A DNA stretch of 64,000 bases from Leucoraja ocellata. Taxonomy: Eukaryota. The stretch covers positions 3,286,001-3,350,000 of the forward strand of contig JAWMAR010000188.1 in NCBI GenBank assembly GCA_036785375.1. The letters run 5' to 3'. The stretch's first letter is position 1. The number at the start of each line of letters is the position of its first letter. The translations under genes were made by a program, and so were the position numbers. Shown piece by piece: positions 28,001 through 40,000 of this stretch. Under the pieces are notes generated by a model, which was not told where the DNA came from, made no database searches, and saw nothing but the letters and a program-made list of their open reading frames with translations.

Positions 28001-31000
28001 TAATGGGATACCCTCAGATGATGGGGGGGGGGGGGGGGGGGGCAAGTAAGTGCTCATTAATTCAAATGCAAATACTCTTTATTCAGTTAAATAGACCTTT
28101 ATTACATTCAACAATACTAGTCATGAATTTGACTGGGAGAAACTGGAGTAATATCAGTGTTGAAGGCTATTCTTTGTGCATATCCACACCTTTGGCATAT
28201 GTTTTCATTTTCATGAATGGAGTCATTAATGTTTTGAGTGCATTAAAATTGAACTGAAAGCATTAGTTAAGTGCAGTTGAACTGATTTTTGATTGGAGGC
28301 CTGTGGGGAACAGGGAAAACATGGATATATGCCAAATTATGACACACATATATTAAACCAACTGGACATTTTCATGCTTGGATCTCTGCATTTTATAGGA
28401 AGAAATCTAATCTGGGTTTACTTTTCAAGAACTGTTCACCATCAAATATTGACACGGTTTTGTCTGATATTCCCTTTATGCCTATCAGCATAGTACGTTT
28501 AATCAGAAATGGCATAAAGTTACAATTTCCACTAAAGTAGAGACTAAAGGATGAGAGGGAATCTTATTGAAACATAAGATTATTAAGAGTTTGGATAAGC
28601 TAGAGGCAGGAAACATGTTTCCGATGTTGGGCGAGTCCAGAACCAGGGGCTACAGTTTAAGAATAAGAGGTAAGCCATTTGGGACTTAGATGAGGAAATA
28701 CTTTTTCACACAGAAGAATTTTGCAATAAATAATAATTTGACTCGCTGGTTAGAACCATGCAGATCCTCTTCAATTTTTTTGTATCTGAACACCAGGGTA
28801 GATATCGCTCTCTCATTTACATTGAATAGTATTTATTGGCTAATAGGAAATTATTTTAAAGGACATCATACTCTTAAAAGTTACTATTGCTGATCAACAA
28901 AATCCAATCTATGATTGATTAAGTTATTCTTCTGGGGAGAATATGAAATTGTTGTCAAGGATCGTGGGTTAATGTTGATAACAAATGCAGCTTTAAAACA
29001 AATCACCTTTGCTTGCTTGTGCACCTCCCTGTTCTCTTTTTTTTTCCCCTAGTCTTCTCACTCCCCGCCATCACTAGTAGTTATTTGCTTCCTAGGTACA
29101 TTTGATCCCCGCAGCATCCCACCTCACGATTCTCGACATGGACCTCAGCATGATCCACGCTCCCAACCTCATATTGCTCAGCAAGACCCTCGTGGAGGGT
29201 CTTATCCGAATGCACATCAACTAAATGCACCCATGGGTGAGAAAAAACGAGTCCAGCTGCCCTCTTAATTCTGTAGGTTGGCTCACAGTTTCTGCATGGG
29301 ACATCTTTCACAATGCTGCTAAAAAGCACGTTTTCACATTTAACGAAAATACTGGAACGGTACATTGGTGAAATATTGATCTAACTTCCTTTAGCAATGC
29401 ATTACTAAAATAGGTAAGTGCAGATTATTTTAAATACATTTTTTAATAGAAAACACGATATGTGTTTGCTATAAGGTTTGCTTGTAAGGCCGTTGGATTT
29501 TTTTTTGCCAGATTTTAGGGCAGAATTCACTTCCACGTGGTTTGTCACTATCTTTTTAGATTCTTTGAGCCAACCTAGACTCCCTATAATTTGTTATTAT
29601 TTTACTCTTTACAGCTTCTTTTTTTTGTAGGACTAAGTGATTTATTATTGTTTGAGCATTTTTGTTCTGAATGCTAACAGTGTTAATTTAACACTTTATT
29701 GGATGTTCTAAATTACTGAGGTTACTAACACTTTTATTGTTGATGTACTCATTACTGAAAATATTGTTGCACAAAGAACTTGAGGTTTTTTTAATCAGTA
29801 AAACCCACAAATTTGCATGAAAGTGTGTGGAATATCCTCAGAAGGTTACACGCACAATTGTAGATGGTTTTATTTTTGAAATGGTATCCCGCAAGTGGTG
29901 CAAAATTTTCTTGGCTGTTGACAATTTGCATATTGAGCTTTGGGGACCCAGAACCCCCAGGGTTATGAGCTGAAAATAAGACTTTGGAAGAAAGTAGAAT
30001 TGCCCTTTCAAAGGGTCTGCATTTATATGATTGGCTGAGTGTACTTGTTCGGTTTTGTATATTTCTAAATGTATGATATCATGATAAAGAAAACTGATTC
30101 AAATGTTAATGCATTTGTCTGCATTTAAACGACTTCAGGAATTAAATATATACCAGAGTAATTTAAGTGTGAATCAAAAGAATTATTGTATCAACTATCC
30201 CTTACTTGAACATGTGCAGATAACATGGAACTATGGATCTATTAACCCAAACCTTAGGAGACTAGATTTACAAGGCATATTTACATATGCATTTGTTTAT
30301 ATTGTTGTAATAGGAATTTTCCATCTACAAATGGGTTAGTACAAAAAAAGACAATTATTGGAGGCACCAGGTATTGCAGATGCTGGAATCTTGAGCAAAA
30401 CCCAAAGTGCTAGAGGAACTCAATAGCTGAAGGAGCCACTGGTGAGGGAATAGACAGATTACATCTGACCCGAAACAGATGACCAGATGCTTTCTGACCT
30501 GCTGAGTTCCTCCAGCACCCTGAATTTTCCTCAAGAGACAATTGTTTACTGGATTCGTGTTAAGGGCCTGTCCCACTTTCACGACCTAAGTCACGACTTC
30601 TGCCGAGTTTGCCCTTGACTCGTACTCGCAGCATGGTCGTCACGAGGTCATAGGAGGTCGTAGGTAGGTCGTGATGCCAGTTGTAGGTAATCGTGGCATC
30701 AAGTAGGTCGGGCGTTTTTCTAGCCTGATGAAAAATGTCCACGAGTAAAAAAGTTCGTGAATTAGGTTGTGAAAGTGGGACAGGCCCTTTAGGTTCCCAG
30801 GTGGTCGTTGCAGTGGTCATTTAATGTCTGTTGATGTGCTGAACAGAAAAGTCGCTGTCTTCTTTCTTTCATTTCTCCTCAAAGCACGGAATCTAAAGAA
30901 TCCTTATATGTTGTTTTATGGAATTGACAACTTTATTAAGATGCTGCATAGGAAACTAAATATGATGAATAGCCATACATGGTCGGTCCAGTGACTTAAT

Positions 31001-34000
31001 TTTACGATTGCCACTCGTTAAAGCTGGATTTATAGTCAACAGTTTATTGTAGCAACGTTGCTGCATATCAGGAAACCTGTTCCATTTTAGGCTTAATCAT
31101 ACCGAATGAAGTAAAAAAATTCTCCTTGCTGACTGTATCTGTTGTTATGCAAATCAGTTGTTGTATCTTCGGTGAGCTGGATTTAATATCTCTTTATTTT
31201 TGGTTTGCCACAAAGGGATAGTGGCCCAGATGTTGAACAAATCTTTCTTTCTTTGGGGTAGATGCAGCCTTACATTCTAACCTCTTTTTCACTCATTGAT
31301 ATCATCTTCCTCTGAGTTCTCAATTAAGTATCGATGATCAGCCATGATCATATTGAATGGCGGTGCAGGCTCAAAGGGCCGAATGGCCTACTCCTGCACC
31401 TAATTTCTATGTTTCTATGTTTCTATGAACAAATATTTAAAGTAGTATGTATGCAAAGCAACAAGATTCGTAATTGACAGAATTTGCAATGCTAATGTTA
31501 TATGGACAAAATCATCAATTTGCCAAAGCACTTTTGAGTAACATGCAGATGTTCATCCCATGATTCTGAGTAACGTAAGCAATTCCAAATCGAGAATGTA
31601 AGCAATTGAATGCCAATTGGATCATGTGCAGAGCTGCACAACTTCTGTGCACTTGTTCCCAAATTGTATGGTGCTGGATCAGACCAAACAATGTCAAGTT
31701 TTGAGGCAAGTACCAATTAATGGTCTTGACTTGTTGCCGAACGTCATCCAAAACTCCAAGGAACATGCCCTTGCTCAATATGTTGCTGTCGTGTGGATAG
31801 GCCAGAAAAACCCTACCAGTAAACAGTAGAGAAAAATGAATAGTTGAAGCAAGGAACTGCAGATGCTGGTTTGCAAAAGAAGACCTATAGTGTTGAAGTA
31901 GCACAGGGGGTCAGGCAGTATCTCTGGAGAACATGGAAAGATGACATTTCAAGTTGGGACAATTCTTCAGAACAATGGATAGCTGCCCAAGCCATACACC
32001 CAGGATTTTTTAGCAACCTGTTAAGATCCATAAATGCTTTGGATGGCCTCAAACATTCAAAATAATTAAAAAAAAACCCAGTGAAACAATTACAAAAGGT
32101 AATCAAAAAATCATAATATTCAAAGCATTTAACTATCAATTAATTCAGAGGAAAAACATAAATTAACTGATTCTTATGTTTAATCCTTGCAACTGCCCTG
32201 CTTCTTTATGGACATTCTTGCTTTATATCTAATCTTTCATAGGTTTATTTGGTGAATTTCCCAGAGTAAGTGCAGGGAAATTACAGCAACACACTGTCCT
32301 TGGACTCCCAGAGTTGAATGACAGACCATTGGTGACAACACCCCAGCAAAGGGAAGTTAGTGAGTTTGCAATAATGTTTGTTCAGAAATAAACTTAGACG
32401 TGCATACACTGAGAAATGTCAGCAGTTCAGCAAGTTTCAAGCTGTTGAATTTGGAGTTGAATATTTGAACTGGGTCATACTTTTTTTTTATAGAAAAAAA
32501 AAGAGGGCCTTGAATCCATAATCTGGAGTTATCTTTCCTCAGATGAATTTTAACCCCTACCTTTTAAACTACTTTTGGACATCCAATGTGATGTCCTCTG
32601 AATCTTTGGAACTGAGGTTGTTCCGTGCAGTTTGTCAACAGGATACCTGTAAGAGTGAGCTTGGCTCGGTTAATAATATGACATGGTTGAAAGTCTTGTT
32701 TTAGAATGTGGGTCGATACCATAGTGCAGCATTGAGGTAGTGTAATATTGTCAGGGTAGATTATTTGATTTGATGCAGATGGACAAAAAATTACGACCTT
32801 ATTTAGAAGAATGCAAATAATTACGGATATTGCTTTTGTTGGGGGAAAAGTCTTTAAAAACACATATATAACACTTTGCTATTGCTTGACAGATTTCAGT
32901 GCTTTTTCTCTCTCTATTAAATGCTTGTTTCATTAAGGAAACAAATTAGAATTGGACATTGCTGCTTCTTTATGATTGTAATTAAAAACAAAATGCAGGA
33001 GATACTCAGCAGGTCAAGCATTGTCTGCAGAAAGAGAAAAAGGTAATGATTCATGTCAGTGATCTTTAATTTGAATTTCATTTCCATTATCTTAACAACA
33101 CAAGGTAAATAATGAACAAATTTAACGTGGAAAGCTTACTTTGAATATGGAAATAAAACTTGAATTATACATAGGTTTATGATGGTTTTGAATACCATAG
33201 CTATCAAGACTCAAACTATAAAGAGTAACACGAAACTTCTAATTTGTGCCTAGGTGCAAGAGATCCCAGAGGTATTGATTCGAGAGGTATTGACACCAGA
33301 GGACTAGGGCCTGGACCAGGACCAGGACCAGGACCAGGACCAGGACCAGGTCCAGGTCCAGGTCCAGGTCCAGGTCCAGGTCCTGGACCAAGCCAGGGCC
33401 CAGTCCCAAATCCAAGGGGACCAATAGCAGGAGGACTACAAGTTCAAGGTCCAGGTACCCATCAGATAGGGCAAGGTGGCCCTCAAGGATCACAGCAACC
33501 TGTTCCACCTCGACAGGTAAGAGAATTGGTGGTGAATAGCAATTTCAGCAATTTGTTGTGTTAAGTGGTGCTAGTTATGCTGAAATGTTAAAGAAAATAT
33601 TGCTCAGATTGATCATAGTCAAACAGCATAGAAACAGGCCTTTTGGCTCAACATGCCATGCTGACCAAGATGCCCCATCTACAGTGCATTCAGAAAGTAT
33701 TCAGACCCCTTCACCTTTTCCACATTTTGTTACGTTACAGCCTTATTCTAAAATTAATTCAATTCATTTTTTTTGTCATCAATCTACCCACAATATCCCA
33801 TCATAAAAAAAGCAAAAACAGGTGTTTAGAACTTTTTGCAAAGTAATTAAAAATAAATTACTGAACTATCACATTCACATAAGTATTCAGACCCTTTACT
33901 CAGTACTTTGTTGAGGCACCTTTGGCAGCAATTACAGCCTCAAGTCTTCTTGGGTATGACGCTACAAGCTTGGCACACCTGTATTTGGATAATTTCTCCC

Positions 34001-37000
34001 ATTCTTCTCTGCAGATCCTCTAAAGCTCTTTCAGGTTGGATGAGGAGCGTCGATGCACAGCCATTTTCAGCTCCCTCCAGATATGTTCAATGGTGTTCAA
34101 ATCCGGACTCTGGCTGGGCCACTCAAGGACATTCACAGACTTGTCACGATGCCATTCCTGCGTTGTCTTGGCCGTGTGCTAAGGGTCGTTGTCCTGTTGG
34201 AACCTTCATCAGTCTGGTGAACCTTCTCGGTACTCCCTCTATGGCAAGATAGGCTGCTTCATCAAGGCAAGGATGTCTTTCCTCAGATTAGGAGACCAAA
34301 ACTGTACACAATACTCCAGGTGTGGTCTCACCAAGGCCCTGTACAACTGCAGTAGAACCTCCCTGCTCCTATACTCAAATCCTTTTGCTATGAATGCTAA
34401 CATACCATACGCTTTCTTCACTGCCTGCTGAACCTGCATCCAATGACTGGTGTACCATGAACCCAGGTCTCGTTGCATCTCCCCTTTTCCTAATCGACCA
34501 CCACTCCTCCCCAGTCTGAGGTCCATCAAGGTTTTCATCAAGGATCTCCCTGTACTTTGCTCCGTTCATCTTTTTCTTGATCCTGACTAGTCTCCCAGTT
34601 CCTGCCACTGAAAAACATCCCCTCGGCATGATGCTGCCACCATAGGTATGGTATTGGCCAGGTGATGAGCAGTGCCTGATTTCCCCCAGACGTGACGCTA
34701 GGCATTCAGGCCAAAGAGTTCAATCTTCATCAGACCAGAGAATCATGTTTCTCATGCCGTTTGGCAAACTCCAAGCGGGCTGTCATGTGTCTTTTACTGA
34801 GGAGTGGCTTCCATCTGGCCACTCTACCATAAAGACCTGATTGGTGGAGTGCTGCAGATATAGTTGTCCTTCTGGAAGGTTCTCCCATCTCCACAGAAGA
34901 ACTCTGGAGCTCCGTCAAAGTGACCATCGGGTTCTTGATCACCTCCCTGACTAAGGTCCTTCTCCCCCGATTGCTCAGTTTGGCCGGGCAGCTAGCTCCA
35001 TGACGAATCCTGGTGGCTCCAAAATTCTTCCATTTAAGAATTACGGAGTCAACTGTGCTCTTCGTGACCTGCAATGCTGCAGAAATTATTTAATACCCTC
35101 CCCCAGATCTGTGACGCGACACAATCCTGTCTCGGAGATCTACGGACAATTCCTTCGTCTTCATTGCTTGTTTTTTGCTCTGACATGCACTGCCAAATCT
35201 GGGACCTTATATAGACAGGTATGTGCTTTTCCAAACCATGTCTTCATTAGGATGGAGAGTGACATAGTTAATTCAGAAACAAGGGTTCTGAACTTAAAGA
35301 AAGGTAACTTTGAGGGTATGAGACGTGAATTGGCCAAGATAGACTGGCAATTGATTCTTAAAGGGTTGACGGTGGATATGCAATGGAAGGCATTTAAGGA
35401 CTGCACGGATGAACTACAACAATTGTTCATCCCAGTTTGGCAAAAGAATAAATCAGGGAAGGTAGTGCACAAATGTAGGTCCCATGCAGTCAGAAACAGG
35501 TAAATTAATCATGGGGAACAAGGACATGGCAGACCAATTGAATAATTACTTTGGTTCTGTCTTCACTAAGGAAGACATAAATAATCTGCTGGAAATAGCA
35601 GGGGACCGGGGGTCAAATGAGATGGAGGAACTGAGTGAAATCCAGGTTAGTCGGGAAGTAGTGTTGGTTAAATTGAATGGATTAAAGGCCGATAAATCCC
35701 CAGTGCCAGATAGGCTGCATCCCAAAGTACTTAAGGAAGTAGCCCCAGAAATAGTGGATGCATTAGTGATAATTTTTCAAAACTCTTTAGATTCTGGAGT
35801 AGTTCCTGAGGATTGGAGGGTAGCTAATGTAACCCCACTTTTTAAAAAGGGAGGGAGAGAGAAAACGGGGAATTACAGACCAGTTAGTCTAACATCGGTA
35901 GTGGGGAAAATGCTAGAGTCAGTTATTAAAGATGGGATAGCAGCACATTTGGAAAGTGGTGAAATCATTGGACAAAGTCAGCATGTATTTATGAAAGGTA
36001 AATCATGTCTGACGTAATCTTATATAATTTTTCGAGGATGTAACTAGTAGAGTGGATAAGGGAGAACCAGTGGATGGATGTGTTATATCTGGATTTTCAG
36101 AAGGCTTTCAACAAGGTCCCACATAAGAGATTAGTATGCAAACTTAAAGCACACGGTATTGGGGGTTCAGTATTGATGTGGATAGAGAACTGGCTGGCAG
36201 ACAGGAAGCAAAGAATAGGAGTAAACGGGTCCTTTTCACAATGGCAGGCAGTGACTAGTGGGGTACCGCAAGGCTCAGTGCTGGGACCCCAGCTATTTAT
36301 AATATATATTAATGATTTGGACGAGGGAATTGAATGCAACATCTCCAATTTTGAGGATGACACGAAGCTGGGGGGCAGTGTTAGCTGTGAGGCGGATGTT
36401 ACGAGGCTGCAAGGTGACTTGGATAGGTTGAGTGAGTGGGCAAATGCATGGCAGATGCAGTATAATGTGGATAAATGTGAGGTTATCCACTTTGGTGGCA
36501 AGAACAGGAAAGTAGACTATTATCTGAATGGTGGCCGATTAGGAAAAGGGCAGATGCAATGAGACCTGGGTGTCATGGTACACCAGTCATTGAAAGTAGG
36601 CATGTAGGTGCAGCAGGCAGTGAAGAAAGCGAATGGCATGTTAGCATTCATAGCAAAAGGATTTGGGTATAGGAGCAGGGAGGTTCTACTGCAGTTATAC
36701 AGGGCCTTGGTAAGACTACACCTGGAGTATTGCGTACAGTTTTGGTCTCCTAATCTGAGGAAAGACATTCTTGCCATAGAGGGAGTACAGAGAAGGTTCA
36801 CCAGACTGATTCCTGGGATGGCAGGACTTTCATATGAAGAAAGACTGGATAGACTCGGCTTGTACTCGCTAGATTTTAGAAGATTGAGGGAGGATCTTAT
36901 AGAAACTTCTGATTACATTTTGTCATGTTTATGTACACATTTTTAATCAAATCCTTCTTCCCCCGCCACTCCCCAATATTTAAAAAAAAAACTGGCTTCT

Positions 37001-40000
37001 CACCCATAGAAGCAGCCCCAGCCCCAGCCCCTGGTGAACATTCCATTGTGTGATGTCACAATGCCCAATGCTCAAAGACATTGTTGCCATAGAGGGAGTA
37101 CAGAGAAGGTTCACCAGACTGATTCCTGGGATGTCAGGATTTTCATATGAAAAAAGACTGGATACTCAGCTTGTACACGCTAGAATTTAGAAGATTGAGG
37201 GCGGATCTTATAGAAACGTACAAAATTCTTAAGGGGTTGGACAGGCTAAATGCAGGAAGATTGTTCCAGACGTTGGGGAAGTCCAGAACAAGGGGTCACA
37301 GTTTAAAGATAAGGGGGAAATCCTTTAGGACAGAGATGAGAAAAACATTTTTCACACAGAGAGTGGTGAATCTCTGGAATTCTCTGCCACAGAAGGTAGT
37401 TGAGGCCAGTTCATTGGCTATATTTAAGAGGGAGTTAGATGTGGCCCTTGTGGCTAAAGGGATCAGGGGGTATAGAGAGAAGGCAGGTACAGGATACTGA
37501 GTTGGATGATCAGCCACGATCATATTGAATGGTGGTGCAGGCTCGAAGGGCCGAATGGCCTACTCCTGCACTTAATTTCTATGGTTCTATGTTTCCCTCT
37601 CCTCACCCCTCTCCCTCTTCCACCCATCCCTCTCTCCCCCATCCCCCTTCCCTCTCTACGCCACCCCTTCCATCTCTCCACCCGCCCCCTTCCTCCTACC
37701 ACTCTGTCCCTCTTTCATCACTCCCCCTACCCCTCTCCTCCTCCCTCCCCACTCTTCCACCTCTCCCCCTTCCCCCTCCACTCTCTCTCCCCACTCTTTT
37801 CCCTCTCTCCCCCCACCCCATCCTCCCCCTCCCCCACATCTCTCTCCCCATCCACCTCTCTCACCCCCTACCCCGCTCTCCTTTCCCTCCCAAATCTGTC
37901 CCGTTTCCTCCTCCTCCTCTCCCCTCCCTCCCCTCTTCTCACCCCCCCTCCCCCCACCTGTGTGTTTGAGGGGTGGTTAATTTGAGTTTGATGCCGCAGC
38001 CCCCCCCCCCCCCGCAAACGCCGTTGGGGAAACAGACCCAACGGGTCTGCACTTGGTCTAGTATATAATTAAAAGTTGGGGGGAGAGAGAGGTCGCAATT
38101 CTCAGTCTGAGCTGTGAATAACACTGAAACACATGTCTACTAAACTGTGAGTGGTTTTCTGACCTGCCAGTACCCTTAATGTGGTTTGAAAATGCAAAAG
38201 TGTGTTTTGGTTTGAAAGTGCTCAAGCTGTGTTGCCTCTGGTTTTGAAAGTGCTAAAGCGAGCTGCCTTGCATTTGGTTTTGAAAGTGCTAAAGCGAGCT
38301 GCCTTGCCTAATTAGAGCTGCCTTGCCTAATTAGAGCTGCCTTGCCTAATTAGAGCTGCCTTGCTTAATGAAAGCTGCTTTAATTAAAGTTATTAGTGTT
38401 TAAAAAATGTTGTGATTCTCTCTCCTGTCAATCAAGCCATGAAGGCCACGCCCCTTCTGGTGGGAGGGGGGAGGGACTATAAAACCCAGAAGTGTGGACT
38501 CTGCAATATGGGGGCTGGAGAGGTCACGACTCGCTGTCTTTAGTGGCCTTGCACCCTGCTTGAAATGGTATGAAACTGCACTTGAATTTGTGCCCTTGCA
38601 CCCTGTTTGAAATGGCATTTCAAGGAATAGCCGTGAGTCAACTGCGAGCCCACCAGCCGTGAGTGAGTGAGCTGCCAGCACAACAGGCTTGAGTGACTGA
38701 GCCGCCAGCACAACAGGCTTGAGTGACTGAGCCGCCAGCCCAAGAATCCATGCGACCCACAATGTTCATACTAGCCCTCTGGAAACCAGTCCCTTCAATG
38801 CACAACACCCATACTAGCGCTCCAGAAAGCCCCCCCCCCCCCCCCCCCCCCCACTGGCCACCAATATTGGAATTAGCAGAGAGGTGGAATATTGCGTTGG
38901 GGGACCAACCCTCCCATGGGATGCTGGGACCCAACGGGTCCCACTTAGTCTAGTAATCTTATATGTTTCAATAAGATTCCCTCCCATCCTAAATTCTAGA
39001 GTATACAAACCCAGCCGCTCCATTCTATCAACATATGACAGTCCTGCCATCCTGGGAATTAACCTTGTGAACCTACGCTGCACTCTCTCTATAGCAAGAA
39101 TGTCCTTCCTCAAATTTGGAGACCAAAACTGCACACAGTACTCCAGGTGTGGTCTCACTAGGGCCCTGTACAACTGCAGAAGGACCTCTTTGCTCCTATC
39201 CTCAACTCCTCTTGTTATGAAGGCCAACATACCATTCGCTTTCTTCACTACCTGTTGTAACTGCATGCTTACTTTCGGTGACTGATGAACAAGGACCCAC
39301 CCCCAGATCCCGTTCTACTTCCCCTTTTCCCAACTTGACACCATTTAGATAATAATCTGCTTTCCTGTTTTTGCCACCAAAGTGGATAACCTCACATTTA
39401 TCCACATTAAACTGCATCTGCCATGCTGCCCACTCACCCAACCTGTCCGTCATTCTGCATCCTCATAGCATCCTCCTCACAGTTCACACTGCCACCCAGC
39501 TTTGTGTCTGGTCTCCATGGAATCCATCTCTTTGATCTTCTTTGATCTCCATGGAACTGCAATATTTCAATTCTAAATGTAGGGGTTGTACCAGTGATTT
39601 GTGTTGCTCAGAATGTGTTCTGTTGGTGTAGATAATGATGCCACCTAGGCTGATTAGGCAGCGCATGAGACTCTTGCTTGTGTCTGCTGGACATTGTGCT
39701 AAGAAATGACTGAAAATACCTTCCAACCAAATGCTGATGCTCTTCTGTTGATGACCTGCATTTATTGCACTTTGTCAGGGCCTTGCTCACCCGGTGGCTG
39801 CAAGTCAACCTGGAGGATTCAGTCCTGCTCAGACTCAAGTGACACCACAAGACCATGAAAAGGTTTGGAAATTAAAGTAGTACACTGCAGAAATGATGTT
39901 GCTTTAATTTCCACAAACAAGTTTCAGTATTAAATTAATAACCAGTAATTCTTAGATCATAGCTGTTACCACTTTTGTCCAAAATGTGCTGCATTCTGTT

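Noticed and set aside
35484-36946. Active or domesticated reverse transcriptase
   Set aside because: Multiple stops and frameshifts (36015, 36560, 36605) and 5' truncation; ordinary dead CR1.
37506-37985. Pro/Ser/Leu-rich 159-aa ORF (also 26043-26431)
   Set aside because: Translation of CT/GA low-complexity tracts.
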